A DNA stretch of 63,297 bases, filler included, from Lenisia limosa (taxonomy: Eukaryota; Protista; Breviatea), in the NCBI GenBank assembly GCA_001655205.1. It is 13 parts of 13 records of this genome, joined end to end, with 100 filler letters (N's around TTAATTAATTAA, not from the genome) between each part and the next. Parts side by side here need not be neighbours in the genome. Positions count along the whole stretch, not along the records: positions 22,549 to 25,045 come from LPNZ01011550.1; positions 25,146 to 26,880 come from LPNZ01002275.1; positions 26,981 to 38,211 come from LPNZ01010986.1; 10 more parts are not named here. One strand, given 5' to 3'. The position numbers and the translations under genes were made by a program. Below the pieces are notes generated by a model. The model made no database searches, was not told the DNA's origin, and saw only the letters and a program-made list of their open reading frames with translations. Below, piece after piece: positions 24,036 to 35,266 of this stretch; the stretch's first letter is position 1; every line of letters begins with the position of its first letter.

Positions 24036-24911
24036 CTAACCTGGGGGCGGAGAGGGGGATGGTTTAGCAACCTGGGGTACCGGACTTGTTTTTGTCAAAT
24101 TGGGTACGGGAGCATCATTATTGGGGAGCGGACTTGCCTTATTTGGAGGCGACCTTGCCTTATTGGGAGGAGGAATTGCTTTATTGGGGGGAGGACTTGC
24201 CTTATTTGGAGGAAGAGTTGCCTTATTTGGAAGGGAAGGCACTTGAGTAGCAGTAACTGTAGCCATAGGCAAAGAACGTTTTGATGATGGAGGGTCGGAG
24301 GAAGTGATCGGAAGGGTCTTCGGGGGAATTGCGGCTGTTTTTGGACTGGGTCGAGCAGCACTTGCCGTTTTTGGTAAGTTCTGTGTACCGACGGCCTGAG
24401 GCTTGGCGACTTTTTTCACGAGGGGCTTGACAGTGGAGCCCAGGGGTTTACCCGGGGCTTTTGTGACCGTTTTGGCCGGGGGAGGATTGGTACCTAGGGC
24501 CTTCAGGGGTGCTTTCTTCAGCTGTGTCGGTGCGGGTTTAGCCATACCCGGGGATGGAACCTGGGGTTTGACCATCGGCTTGACTCTTGGGGCTGTACCA
24601 GTAGCAACTGGAGGNNNNNNNNNNNNNNNNNNNNNNNNNNNNNNNNNNNNNNNNNNNNNNNNNNNNNNNNNNNNNNNNNNNNNNNNNNNNNNNNNNNNNN
24701 NNNNNNNNNNNNNNNNNGCGCGATTGACAGCCGCAGGAATCACGGGTTTTCGCTGGGCACCCGTGGGAATGCCCGGTTTTGGCCCTTTTGGAGTAGCCGA
24801 AAGTTGCGTGATTTGTTGGACAGCAGCACGGGGGATAAACGGCTGGGAATTGGCGTTGAGTTTGCGCGGTGCAGGGGTGCGAACTGGTTTTACACCAGGG
24901 GTAGCAGCGGC
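24036..24911 (-). CDS. Large exon of a Pro/Lys/Ala-rich disordered protein with one PAM2-like motif and 7-aa PPNKA repeats
   Basis: Frame open on both sides of the gap from acceptor cag|GCC at 24911; RKLNANSQPFIPR at ~24830-24866; 21-bp tandem repeats at ~24110-24235. Confidence 0.7.
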   Translation of the reverse strand, partial: AAATPGVKPVRTPAPRKLNANSQPFIPRAAVQQITQLSATPKGPKPGIPTGAQRKPVIPAAVNRXXXXXXXXXXXXXXXXXXXXXXXXXXXXXXXXXXXPPVATGTAPRVKPMVKPQVPSPGMAKPAPTQLKKAPLKALGTNPPPAKTVTKAPGKPLGSTVKPLVKKVAKPQAVGTQNLPKTASAARPSPKTAAIPPKTLPITSSDPPSSKRSLPMATVTATQVPSLPNKATLPPNKASPPPNKAIPPPNKARSPPNKASPLPNNDAPVPNLTKTSPVPQVAKPSPSPPPG

Positions 24912-26042
24912 CTGACTGTGTTAATCTGGGTGACTTCACTTTCGAAAAAAATGAAATTATAATATCATTATCATATAATAAAAAAAAATCCAAAATCAAC
25001 CCTATTGACAAAATAACTGTGTGAGTGTGTGGAGGGGGGGGGGGGNNNNNNNNNNNNNNNNNNNNNNNNNNNNNNNNNNNNNNNNNNNNTTAATTAATTA
25101 ANNNNNNNNNNNNNNNNNNNNNNNNNNNNNNNNNNNNNNNNNNNNCAAACAAAGCCTAGGCTAGTCTGCAGCACCGCACCCCATCACTCCAAGAGGGGGT
25201 AATGAACAACGCTAATACACAATGTTATAAAAAACGTCCCTACCAGAGTCAGTGGATTTATAGTTGAGGTAATAAGTCTGGGCAGAGAGCATGGAATTGG
25301 TTTGATTCGCGGAAAATACCTGTGAAAAGTAAGTTATCAATGTATGTAAGGCACAAGTTTTAATTTGTCCCCCCTTCCAGCCAAGGAGGGGAGAATTGGA
25401 TAACATCACTTTTGGACACGTCTGACTGTCCTTTTCCACGCAGTGAAATGATACATCATATCATACAGTGATAATTGACTGATAAGTCTCAATGGCACTC
25501 CAGTCCCACCCAGGTTAACACAATACATCATGTAGGGTTCCGGACACTGTATATCACACAGCAAATCGGTCAAGACTTATCCCGGTCACTGCATACACCC
25601 CTACCTGGACATACGCCTCACTCATTTGGTCAACTTTAACTTTCATTTTAGTGGTGGCAGCGTCCCAAGAAAAGGTCAAGGAGAATGTCTATGATGGTGA
25701 AGGCATGGTAATGTGTAGGTTTCTAATGTATATATTATTTCTCTTGTTCAACAAAAAAGAATATCAAGGAGAGTGTCTGTGGTGGTGAAGGTCAGGGAGA
25801 ATGTCAATGGTTGCAAAACGCGGACTCGGCGTGGTCTCCCTGTACCCCTCCAAGTGAATCATCTTCAGTATTGTTGCTCATATTGATCACTTTTAGCTGT
25901 TATATTGACAACGTGAAATTGAATTGTTGGTGAAGGTCGTTATTATTACGTCGACAAACACATACAATAACATGAACATACATACCATAGAGCAGATTAA
26001 TTATATAGTTGTATCTCGACATACATCTTACATAATTACATA

Positions 26043-26102
26043 CAGAGAACGGGATAAGTCTTGACCGCCTCAGAGAATTGATCAAGACTTATCCCGTCGG
26101 TG
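26043..26102. mobile_element. Family B MITE, internally deleted 60-bp hairpin form
   Basis: TA|cagagaacgggataagtcttgacc-loop-gatcaagacttatcccgtcggtg|TA. Confidence 0.7.
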
Positions 26103-26389
26103 TATGTATGTATGCATGTCATAAGATACCAAATACTCATGTAAAGGAAAGAGAGAATGTCTATGATGGTGAACTGTGAAGGTCATAGACTTGCACGTAC
26201 ATATTACGTGATTTACTAACAGTTATTATACTATTATATTGATGCAAAAATGAGATGGTTGTATCTGGCTGAAGCCAATCGAAATCATCACGCCTAGATA
26301 AGATATTGGATTATAGTATAATATTAATCCATCCAATTATTTGCCTTACACCTCAGACCCCAACTTACATCAATAATAGTTTGCTTTGT

Positions 26390-26618
26390 TACGATGTGCG
26401 AGATTACTGATTCTTTCACCCGAAAAACGTGGTACTACAATAATGATTAAGATTCATGTTTTAATGATGTTGGAAAAATCAGGACCCGACACTTTGACTT
26501 GCGGCATTATCGACGTGGTACTTTTTTTTTTAGCAAAAACGTCCCGGTCACTATACCCCACCCCCCGTGACTCACCCGGGTCCAGTCAGAGCCCATGCTT
26601 CTAAATACCACGGTCAGT
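26390..26618 (-). CDS. Putative short exons of an unknown gene
   Basis: Exon 26618-26576 (LTVVFRSMGSDWTR) with cag acceptor and GTGAGT donor; next exon uncertain. Confidence 0.3.
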
Positions 26619-26664
26619 CTGCGGGGGTTATACGGGCGAGTAGAATTGGAAATTTATGAGAAAA

Positions 26665-26880
26665 AAAGCCCAAAATCAACTCTGTTGGCTGACAACAAAC
26701 GAGGTAAACAAAGCCCAAAATCAACTCAGTTGGCTGACAACAAATGAGGCAAACACAGCCCAAAATCAACTCAGTTGGCTGACAACAAATGAGGCAAACA
26801 AAGCCCAAAATCAACTCAGTTGGCTGACAACAAATGAGGCAAACAAAACCCAAAATCAACTCAGTTGGCTGACAACAAAT
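26665..26880 (-). repeat. 45-bp tandem array (about 5 units) derived from the family C core
   Basis: Unit aaagcccaaaatcaactcagttggctgacaacaaatgaggcaaac starts at 26665, 26710, 26755, 26800, 26845; runs into the scaffold end. Confidence 0.9.
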
Positions 26881-26999
26881 NNNNNNNNNNNNNNNNNNNN
26901 NNNNNNNNNNNNNNNNNNNNNNNNTTAATTAATTAANNNNNNNNNNNNNNNNNNNNNNNNNNNNNNNNNNNNNNNNNNNNAAAAAAAAAAGAATAGCCC

Positions 27000-28068
27000 A
27001 GTAGCAAACACCTGGCATACCCTCATGAAGTCAATACTGTCCACAATGTCATCCATTTCAGGAAGAAGTCCATCATGGGATATAACCTGAATAGGGTGTA
27101 AAGTTGAATGAAGCCAAAACAAGTTGTAGACTCTCAATGTAACCCCTCCAACAAGTTCAGTTTCGGAGATGTCGTGAACTCTCTCCAACCCTTCAATTAC
27201 TTTCTATAGCATAAGGGGGGGGGGGGGAGATACAATGANNNNNNNNNNNNNNNNNNNNNNNNNNNNNNNNNNNNNNNNNNNNNNNNNNNNNNNNNNNNNN
27301 CTCAAAGACACTAATTACTTGAAATAGATCCGGTCTTAGCGCACAAACCCAAGGGTAACGCACCTTAAAGTAGGCTGGGCGCTGGAAGACGTATAAAACA
27401 ATTGGAACAAATCCTGCCTGACAATGTTAAGGGAGAAAAGAATGAACATAGCCTGTACGAACCACGACAAAAACAATGAAAAAAAAAATATTCAACGCTA
27501 AAAGAGAAGAAGAAATAAATATACGCATATCAATCAGCCCATAGTCATGGTAATTGCGCACCTTTGGGGGAGGGAACTTGTCCCCGTTTATCACAGACTT
27601 CGCTGCTACCCTGTTGATGTGTCTTTGCAAAACCTTAATTGTTAATTAAATGTTTAAGTTAAAAGAGTATTTAAAGAGAAAGGAACGCGAGAGAAACAAA
27701 ACGCACTTGGACATCCTCGGCGTCAGGCGTGACTTCTGCTTCATCCTAAAGAAGATCATTGTCGGAACTGTCGCACCGACACCATCAAAAAAGCCGTTTG
27801 TGAAGCTTACAGGAGGAGCACCTTTAGGCGGCTGGAATGAGTCGCTGCCAAAACGGTCCTGGTAATCCACTGCCGAAGTCGCAGATGACGGCATTGCTTC
27901 ATGGGCAACATTGACATAGGGGGCTTTGGGGCTGGATTCAGGCGACTGAATGTGAACTTGCCATAACGTGAACATGCAGAGCACAGCAAGACCGAAGGTG
28001 AGTACAAGCAACCGACGTTGGTTCATGGCCCGCAGTAGCACGACAATAAACGACTGTATATCATCCAT
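27000..28068 (-). CDS. MGAT2: GT16 beta-1,2-N-acetylglucosaminyltransferase II (MGAT2/GnT-II)-like, 5' portion
   Basis: Type II membrane anchor RRLLVLTFGLAVLCMFTLW, a stem, then spliced FVPIVLYVFQRPAYFK|KVIEGLERVHDISETEL|VISHDGLLPEMDDIVDSIDFMRVCQVF, matching the GnT-II pattern IVLYVHNRPxYL...ISETLLIVSHDG...IVESIKFCQVKQIF. Truncated by the scaffold end. Confidence 0.8.
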
Positions 28069-28671
28069 CGCTCAAACAAAATTAGTGATGGAACAATGGA
28101 ACTATAGCAAAGCAAAAGCAAAAGAGCAAAAGGCTTGGCCGCACACACACCACCACTCGAAGACTCGACGAAGAATGGGAAGGAAGAGGAGGTGAAGGGA
28201 GGCAAAGCAAAGGCAAAAAGCAAAAAGGCGCAGCAAAAAGGAAACCGCTAAAAACGACCCGCCGCCGTGCTACAATATTTTTTTTCCTGATTTGATGACT
28301 CTGGGCTGAACCCCCCAAAATCTCCCCTTGAGTCACACCAGGAGCTTCGCATCGCTCGGAACCCCTGGAGGGTACAGGGTGATTATTCCCTTTTGCTGCT
28401 ATCCCCTCCATCCACATATATACTGCTATAAAAGTTTCAGCGGCCAATCGAATGGAAGACGCTCAGCAGCCACGCGACTGTAATTCCCTATTCCCTCTAA
28501 ATCCCCTCCCCCCTTGGGTACAAGGTACTATGGCAGAGGCTTTTAATACCCAATGCCAAAAATGGGCAAAGAGCTGATAAAACAACTTGCAATACATGAA
28601 CTTATGAACTAATGTACAATATAAGAAACAAAGAAACAGTTAAAGAGGTACGCTTGGCGGTGCGAGAGCGT

Positions 28672-31600
28672 TCAGGGGGGCTTCAGGGGAGAGCACGGGG
28701 GCTGAGGCAGTCTGAGGTGACTCCGACTTGATGGTGGGGATGGAGGCAATTGATGATGAGGCTAAATTCACGTCAACAACATGAAACTAAATGACAATGC
28801 GCAAATTAAATACGTAAATACGTAAAGATGAACTGAACACGTATCATACGAATGGCGGAGCGAATGCTTGGAGGAGCACTAGGGGGAATGGCAGTTGTGG
28901 CTACTGCAGGGAAGGGCGCTGCTGGGATGGGTGCTGGCTGAAGAGTTAGCTGGCTATTCTTCTAACAAGACATCAACTCAAACTTGAGCAAATTGAAGTG
29001 AGATTGGACAAAACGGCCTACAATGGTTGGTGTGGCGGCTGCACTACTGGCAGGAACGGCCCTGGAGAACAGTTAAAGATAAACCACCATAAACATACGG
29101 TTTGGGGGCGACTGGCGACGCGGAGGGATGTGAGGGTGGTGCGTTGCCAATGTTTGTTCCAGCGGCAATGAGAGGGCTGGCAGCACCCTGGAGGCCCGGA
29201 GCAAGGGGTGTCGGGCCGGGGGGGCTGCGATATGAGAATAGCTTTTCAGGGGAGGCACAGATCAGATTCAACAAACCTTTGTTTTGCGGGGGGCGCTGTG
29301 GCAACTTCAGTCTACAGTATATACCAATTAAACTAAAATACAAAGAAATTGAGCCGGAATAGGGCGCAGTAAATAAGAAAGGTAGCAAAACACCCCAGCA
29401 TCTAAGACCAAACCTGAAGGTTGGCGGCATGGTGATGAGCCTGAAGAAATCAGAGAATGTAAGAAAGAATAGAAATAAAAAAAAAGAATGATATTCAGTC
29501 TGTAATACTGTTTCATCCAGTCATAACAATCATATCATATATTACGGTGAAATATTTTGGCAAAAAAAGTAGAACTTTCCAATCCTATCAACTCCAACCT
29601 GCTGCGCCTGAATGACAGCGAGACGTTCTTGGTTCACGCCCTTGGCCTTCTGCATTTCCAAGTAGGTTTGATGCAGAGTCTGGCGCTTGTGCTCCAACTC
29701 CCGTTCTTCCTGCTGGATCTGGAAAATTGAGCATAGATTCAAAAACCCTAGCAGAATCAATGAACCATAACATCAAACAAATCATACGATAACACACTCA
29801 CCTTGAGCCTCTGATGGTTGAGGGCAACACGTTCTTGCTGTAGTTCCGCCCGCACGCGATCGTGCTGTTAGTAACAAATGAGATGGGGGAAACGATAAGA
29901 AAGTGGATGATAACGAAGTAAACGCAGTCTTACCATTTCACGCTCTTTTCTGAGGTTATCTTCATAGGCCTCAAGCTCTAAAACCTGGAAGGAAAGTCAG
30001 GTGGATCCAGGAAGCGGAGAATAGTTGCTACAAAATACCTTCGTGTCAATTCTCTCGAGCTGCTTGGTGATGAGCTGCTTCACGGCCGCATCAATCTCAG
30101 AGTCAAGAGCACCCTCCATTAACTGAAATGTCACATTGCGAAGCCATGAGGTTACAGATTGCTTGGAGAAAACGAAGAGAGAAAAAGAGGAGGATAAAGA
30201 ATCGCACCTTAGCGTGGGTGGAGGCAGCGGCAAATGCCATGGCGGCGGCAGCCTGGTTTCCTGCATGTTTCGGCTTCGTTTTGCCGTCCTTCAACTTGGA
30301 GGGCGAGGCTGCATCGATGCCTGCATAGTTACTGCCAAAAGAGAACCAAGCCTTTTCACCAAAAGAAAGAAATAAAAAAAATTATCTGGATGCAAGGAGT
30401 AACCAAAAAAAAAGAAGCAAACCTTCACGAAGCGCTTTCTCTACTTTAGATAACTCTTCCACTCCATTTGACGCCTATATTATCAGTGACACAGAGCAAA
30501 CGGATACCCTCAAAGACTTACCTCCAATTGATTACTGTTGTTCTCCTGGGCTCTTTGGCGGTCCAGTTCTTCTGAGCAGAATAAAAAGTCGTCAGACACA
30601 TCACAATCCTATCATTCGTTTTCAATCCCCTTCAGCCCCGCCCAACCCACCCAAAGCGGCCTTAGCAGCGGCGGCCGCCACCTCCGGCGCCACACTCGAT
30701 GATAAGTACGATATCATGGCCATTGTGGGGTTAGCAGCATCGTTGAACATCGGCTCGAGCTCACNNNNNNNNNNNNNNNNNNNNNTGAGCCTGTGCGCCA
30801 TCAACATATACCCAACAAAGGTGGATTACAATCATATTATCAACACAAACGCAAAAACAAACAAAATTGCTTTTGTGATGATGAATGATAGGATATATAT
30901 GTTTGAGCGCATACATGCCCCTCAAGATATGGGTCTTCAATTGGGAGTTTCACGAAATGAAGGACACACTCATCCTTTGAACGGGTTCGAACGTGGTCAG
31001 CAACCTGAAGAGGTCAAGGATTGGAAATAACAAAAAGTAGAAGCTGTTAACAGGAACCATTGGACAATGAGTTTGTTGCCCTTGATATAGTAATATATAC
31101 TATAATCAAGAAAAAAAACAGCTTATTTAATATTACTAGATAATTCATATTAGTATACATATCGATATGATTTATTACAGCAATTACGAAGGATAGTGCT
31201 GACCCCTCTCACCTGATCCCATTGTTCACCAAACATTTCCAGTCCTTCGAGAAGCAACAGACTTTCAGCCTCAGTCCAGGGTCCTGGGTGAGGTTGAATT
31301 GCAAATGATATACAGTGACAGTGGTAAGCCTTCACTGATAATCAAATTTACCTTCAGATACACGGTCAGTATAAGTGGTAATATACTAGCAAGTAGAAAA
31401 ATCATAAAATACTATAATGTGGCAACACATTAAGAATGACCACTGAAGAACATACCAGAGTTCTTAGGAGGATCTGATGACTCGAGATAATCGTCTTTTG
31501 TCACACCTTCGGCAAAACTAAACAGTCAAAAAACGACTTATTAAAACCCTCTCACTTATCAGCTTTGAAGCATTTGTCGCAGACGTCAAGGTCCGGCAGA

Positions 31601-34600
31601 CGGGAGCAAGCCCACCACGAACCAACGAGGTCGGCTTTACAGGTGCTGCAAGAGGGCGTCGGCTCAATGAGGCCACTGGTGAAGACTAGGTTGTGAGTTC
31701 GGAATGTGGTGATAATAGGAAAGAAATACTGGTTTAATTATGTACATATCCATTTTAATCTGTCTTTTGGGTATTCAATTTTAACACTCCTTGAACACTA
31801 CCCTCACAGTTACCTACGTTTGTCGTACTGAATCTTTGAATTAGCTAAATGAGGGCGGAAGTCTGCCGGATCTTTGAAAGGAGGGTTTGCAAGGTGAATC
31901 AGATTGGACAGTGTTTGAGACTCGGAGGTCACTCTGTGACTATGACACCAAACAAGAAAGTGCCTACCCTGCTTGTCCCGGCATTGCTGGTCCGTTTTTC
32001 AAGTCTGCTGTCACGTACTGCAAAAATTACAACAAAATGAATATGTACAGGTATGAATATGTCAACATATATATAATCATATGTAGTCACCTGAATATCC
32101 ATCTTTCCGGCATTATTGGGACCAGGGAGAATTGGCGCTGTTTCGGGCCGCGAGTTGTAGTTCACAAGTCCCCAACGCTCAAGGAATGCATGCACTCTAA
32201 CAAAGTTATCTGGGGTTTATCATTGTTGTGTTAACAAGAAGAGTGGGTTGGCGCAGACCTCATGATGCAGCACACATCACCAGCAAGACTCCTTCTCACT
32301 GCAGTACGTGTAAGATAAACGTCAGGCTGTTGCCTCCACACTTCAATCATGAAGTTTCGCATCTCTTGGTAGCTGAAGTATAAGTATGAGTTCAACTGCT
32401 ATCACTGGAAGTCGTCCACTCCATCACATTTTGAATAATGAAACCATAGTAAGTCGCAATATTTTTCAGAAATTAGTGAGAAATTCAGTCTAATAACCGA
32501 AGCAATGCCCTACTTACACTTCTGGTGTTTTGGAAGGGCTTGTTTTCGAGAAAAATTCAGGGAGCGCTCTCTGTTCGATTGGATGGATTTTGTCAAAAGA
32601 AAACCACGCCGCTTGGCTACAAGGTCAAAGACATATCGCACATACGATGCCAGCTCAGCTCAAAACGCATCCCTACCTTGGTACATAAATGGTATGCGTG
32701 ACCGCCATTTGCCTAGCCGCCTCAGCCGCTTGAGCCACAGTCGTTGTATGGACTGAGCCATCAGAAGACTCTAATTTGACCAGCTTGTCAGCATTGGAAT
32801 AAAGGTCTACTGGTGTGGGGTCTACATTTGTTAACCCAGAAACACAAAATGTAATGACATAAGCATGTGTCCATTTACCAGCAGCGTCTTCCACGGGTAC
32901 AGAAACATCAGGATATTCAAAGTCTTTGCGTTGCCTTTTTTGAGGAGGTGGACTAACTCCTGATTCACTCTAGGGAATAAAGATCAAGAACATTTCATAC
33001 TACAGCAGCTTGGTCTTCAATTTCATCACGCGATATAAACTGGCTTCGATCTATATGTGGTCAAATATGTACACATATCAGGTCATTTCAAAACACAGCC
33101 TTACGGTTGACAACGAAGTCTTCAATGTTACACCATTCGTTAAAACGCAGAGAGTCTAGAAGAAAACGTCCATACTGAACCATTAATTGCTGCAGAGTTC
33201 CAATTTCAGTTATCGGATAGTTCACTGTCCCACCACTCGTAAGGGCTTGGCCTTGTAGTTGAGGGGAGGAGGCTTGAACTCCGGGAGGTCAGCCGAAGGC
33301 ATCAGCTGGTCGTAGCTGTTTCAACCGTTAAATAGTGAACCTGAGGATATTCCAATATATTCAGGAGCAAGAAAAAATTTTCAAAGGAAGACCCTTCATC
33401 CAAACCTTGCTGGAGTTCCCCAGAAGTGGACCAAAGTGCTGTCCGTACCAACTGCTTGGACAGGTCGAATGAGACTGAAGTTGTCCTTTCTATTGGCAAC
33501 TGTTGCAGTAAGAAACAATTGTATTTGTAATACTAATATACTATTTAAGTTCCATTTACCTTCAGGGTGATCATTGATCAAAATAATATCACAGTTCTTT
33601 TCTGTTGTTAGCTCGGCTCCAATGAGTTCAACAGCCTAAAAACGTCAAAAACAGAAACATTTTACATTAACTTTCTCATATTCCTAAATATTCTAATTGC
33701 AAATGTGGAGGGTTGAAACAGGGAGAAAGAAATGGGTTTTTAAAAAAATTCAATTCCACTCTTAAACGCTTGAAACAATGATGATCATGAGCCAAATAAA
33801 CGTTACTCAATAAAACCTATATCATATATGATGTATATATCGATATATAATATATACATACGATATATATATATGTGTGTGTGTATATACTATTAGATAT
33901 ATATATATAATAGTACATAATATACATATATTCTTTATGTAAGTCATATCTACACACATATATATCATATATATATATATATAGGTAAGTTTGAAGTTTA
34001 TCTTTTATTCAGTATATGCGGCCGTTCAAAATTTACATAGGTTATCTGAGAAAGGAACCTTTCGAAGCCATATCAGTCGTGAAGATGAGCTTTTTAGGAG
34101 CTCTACAGGCTTGCAGTACTATTGGTCCAAACAATCCAACATCACATCTTGATTGCTTAATGGCTAAACTTGACCAGATAACACGCAGAGATAACGTGCT
34201 CTAGTCAACATTTTTTATGGAAGTTTTAGACAAACGGACATTGGATGATCAAAATTTGATGTCCCTATTCCTAATCTATACTCTTCCTAAGTTTCCATTC
34301 ACCTCTTTCAATTCTGCCTTTCGGTCGGGTTTGTTACGACTATCAACGGCAATCTGATGGTCAAGAAAAAGCAAGGAAATTCACCAAAGAGAGAAACCCA
34401 CCTTGTATTTCTTGAGTGAACAAACTTGGTCAACTGCAAGGCTGACAAGATTTCTCAACGACTCTGAAGGGGCACTCCATTTGAAAGATGTGAGGCCTTG
34501 CTCAATTCTCAGCTACAATATGAGCTGATAGATTTTTTTGTTTTTTTATTGGGGGAGGGGGTCCAACCAATTTCTCACACAAAATCACCTTATTAAGTAC

Positions 34601-34938
34601 AGTCAGAAATTCCACAGTTGATTCTTCATTAGTGAACGTTGAGGCAGGGGGTTTTAGGAAAGGACGAAGATCGAGATGGATCTGGGGAATGAAAACGTAT
34701 CTGATTGTGAAACCCTACATGATGGCCTGCAATATCATCAAGGAAACATCTGAGACGGTAGAGCTCCTGAGCAACTTGCTGGGATGTAAAGAAAGTGACA
34801 GCAAAAGAAACAAACCTCTGCAGAAAAGTTTGAATTCAAATTCTGAGATAATTTCTGAGCAACTGCGGCATAGCGTTGGATCTCATCTCCAATAAAGAGT
34901 TCATGAGGAGGTTTACCTAAAAGGCGTAATCTGCCCAT
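28672..34938 (-). CDS. SMARCC: SWI/SNF subunit SWI3/SMARCC-like, apparently complete multi-exon gene
   Basis: [11 protein letters not shown]|YDQLMP and [17 protein letters not shown] (N-terminal chromo-like module); [38 protein letters not shown]|[13 protein letters not shown] (SWIRM); [28 protein letters not shown] (ZZ finger); [25 protein letters not shown] (SANT); [27 protein letters not shown]; coiled coil; Pro-rich tail ending VLSPEAP*. Confidence 0.92.
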
Positions 34939-35266
34939 GATTTCTGGCGCACGTTAACAAAACACACACAAGACAGCTGGACTCTCTGATATATATATAA
35001 CGTTAGAGCAGGTATTTTGTTTTTGGATTTGATAGAAATGGCTCCCTAATTTCGAAATTTTAAATTCACGGACATTGCATTACGGCGGCGTGCTTTAAAA
35101 CTAATTATTTTTTTCCAAACAATTAATCACTAGAAACTAGAAGAAAACTCTAAGGCGAAGTGAGTCGATTCCACCTGTAATAACCGGGTTATTAGGGGGA
35201 ACAAATTAGATATTTGAAGACTTGTTTGTTTCTTTTTGGCCTTGGCCTTTGTTTTAGAATTGAACA

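Noticed and set aside
26665-26880. CRISPR-like array
   Set aside because: Head-to-tail near-identical units with no unique spacers, no cas genes, eukaryotic intron context.
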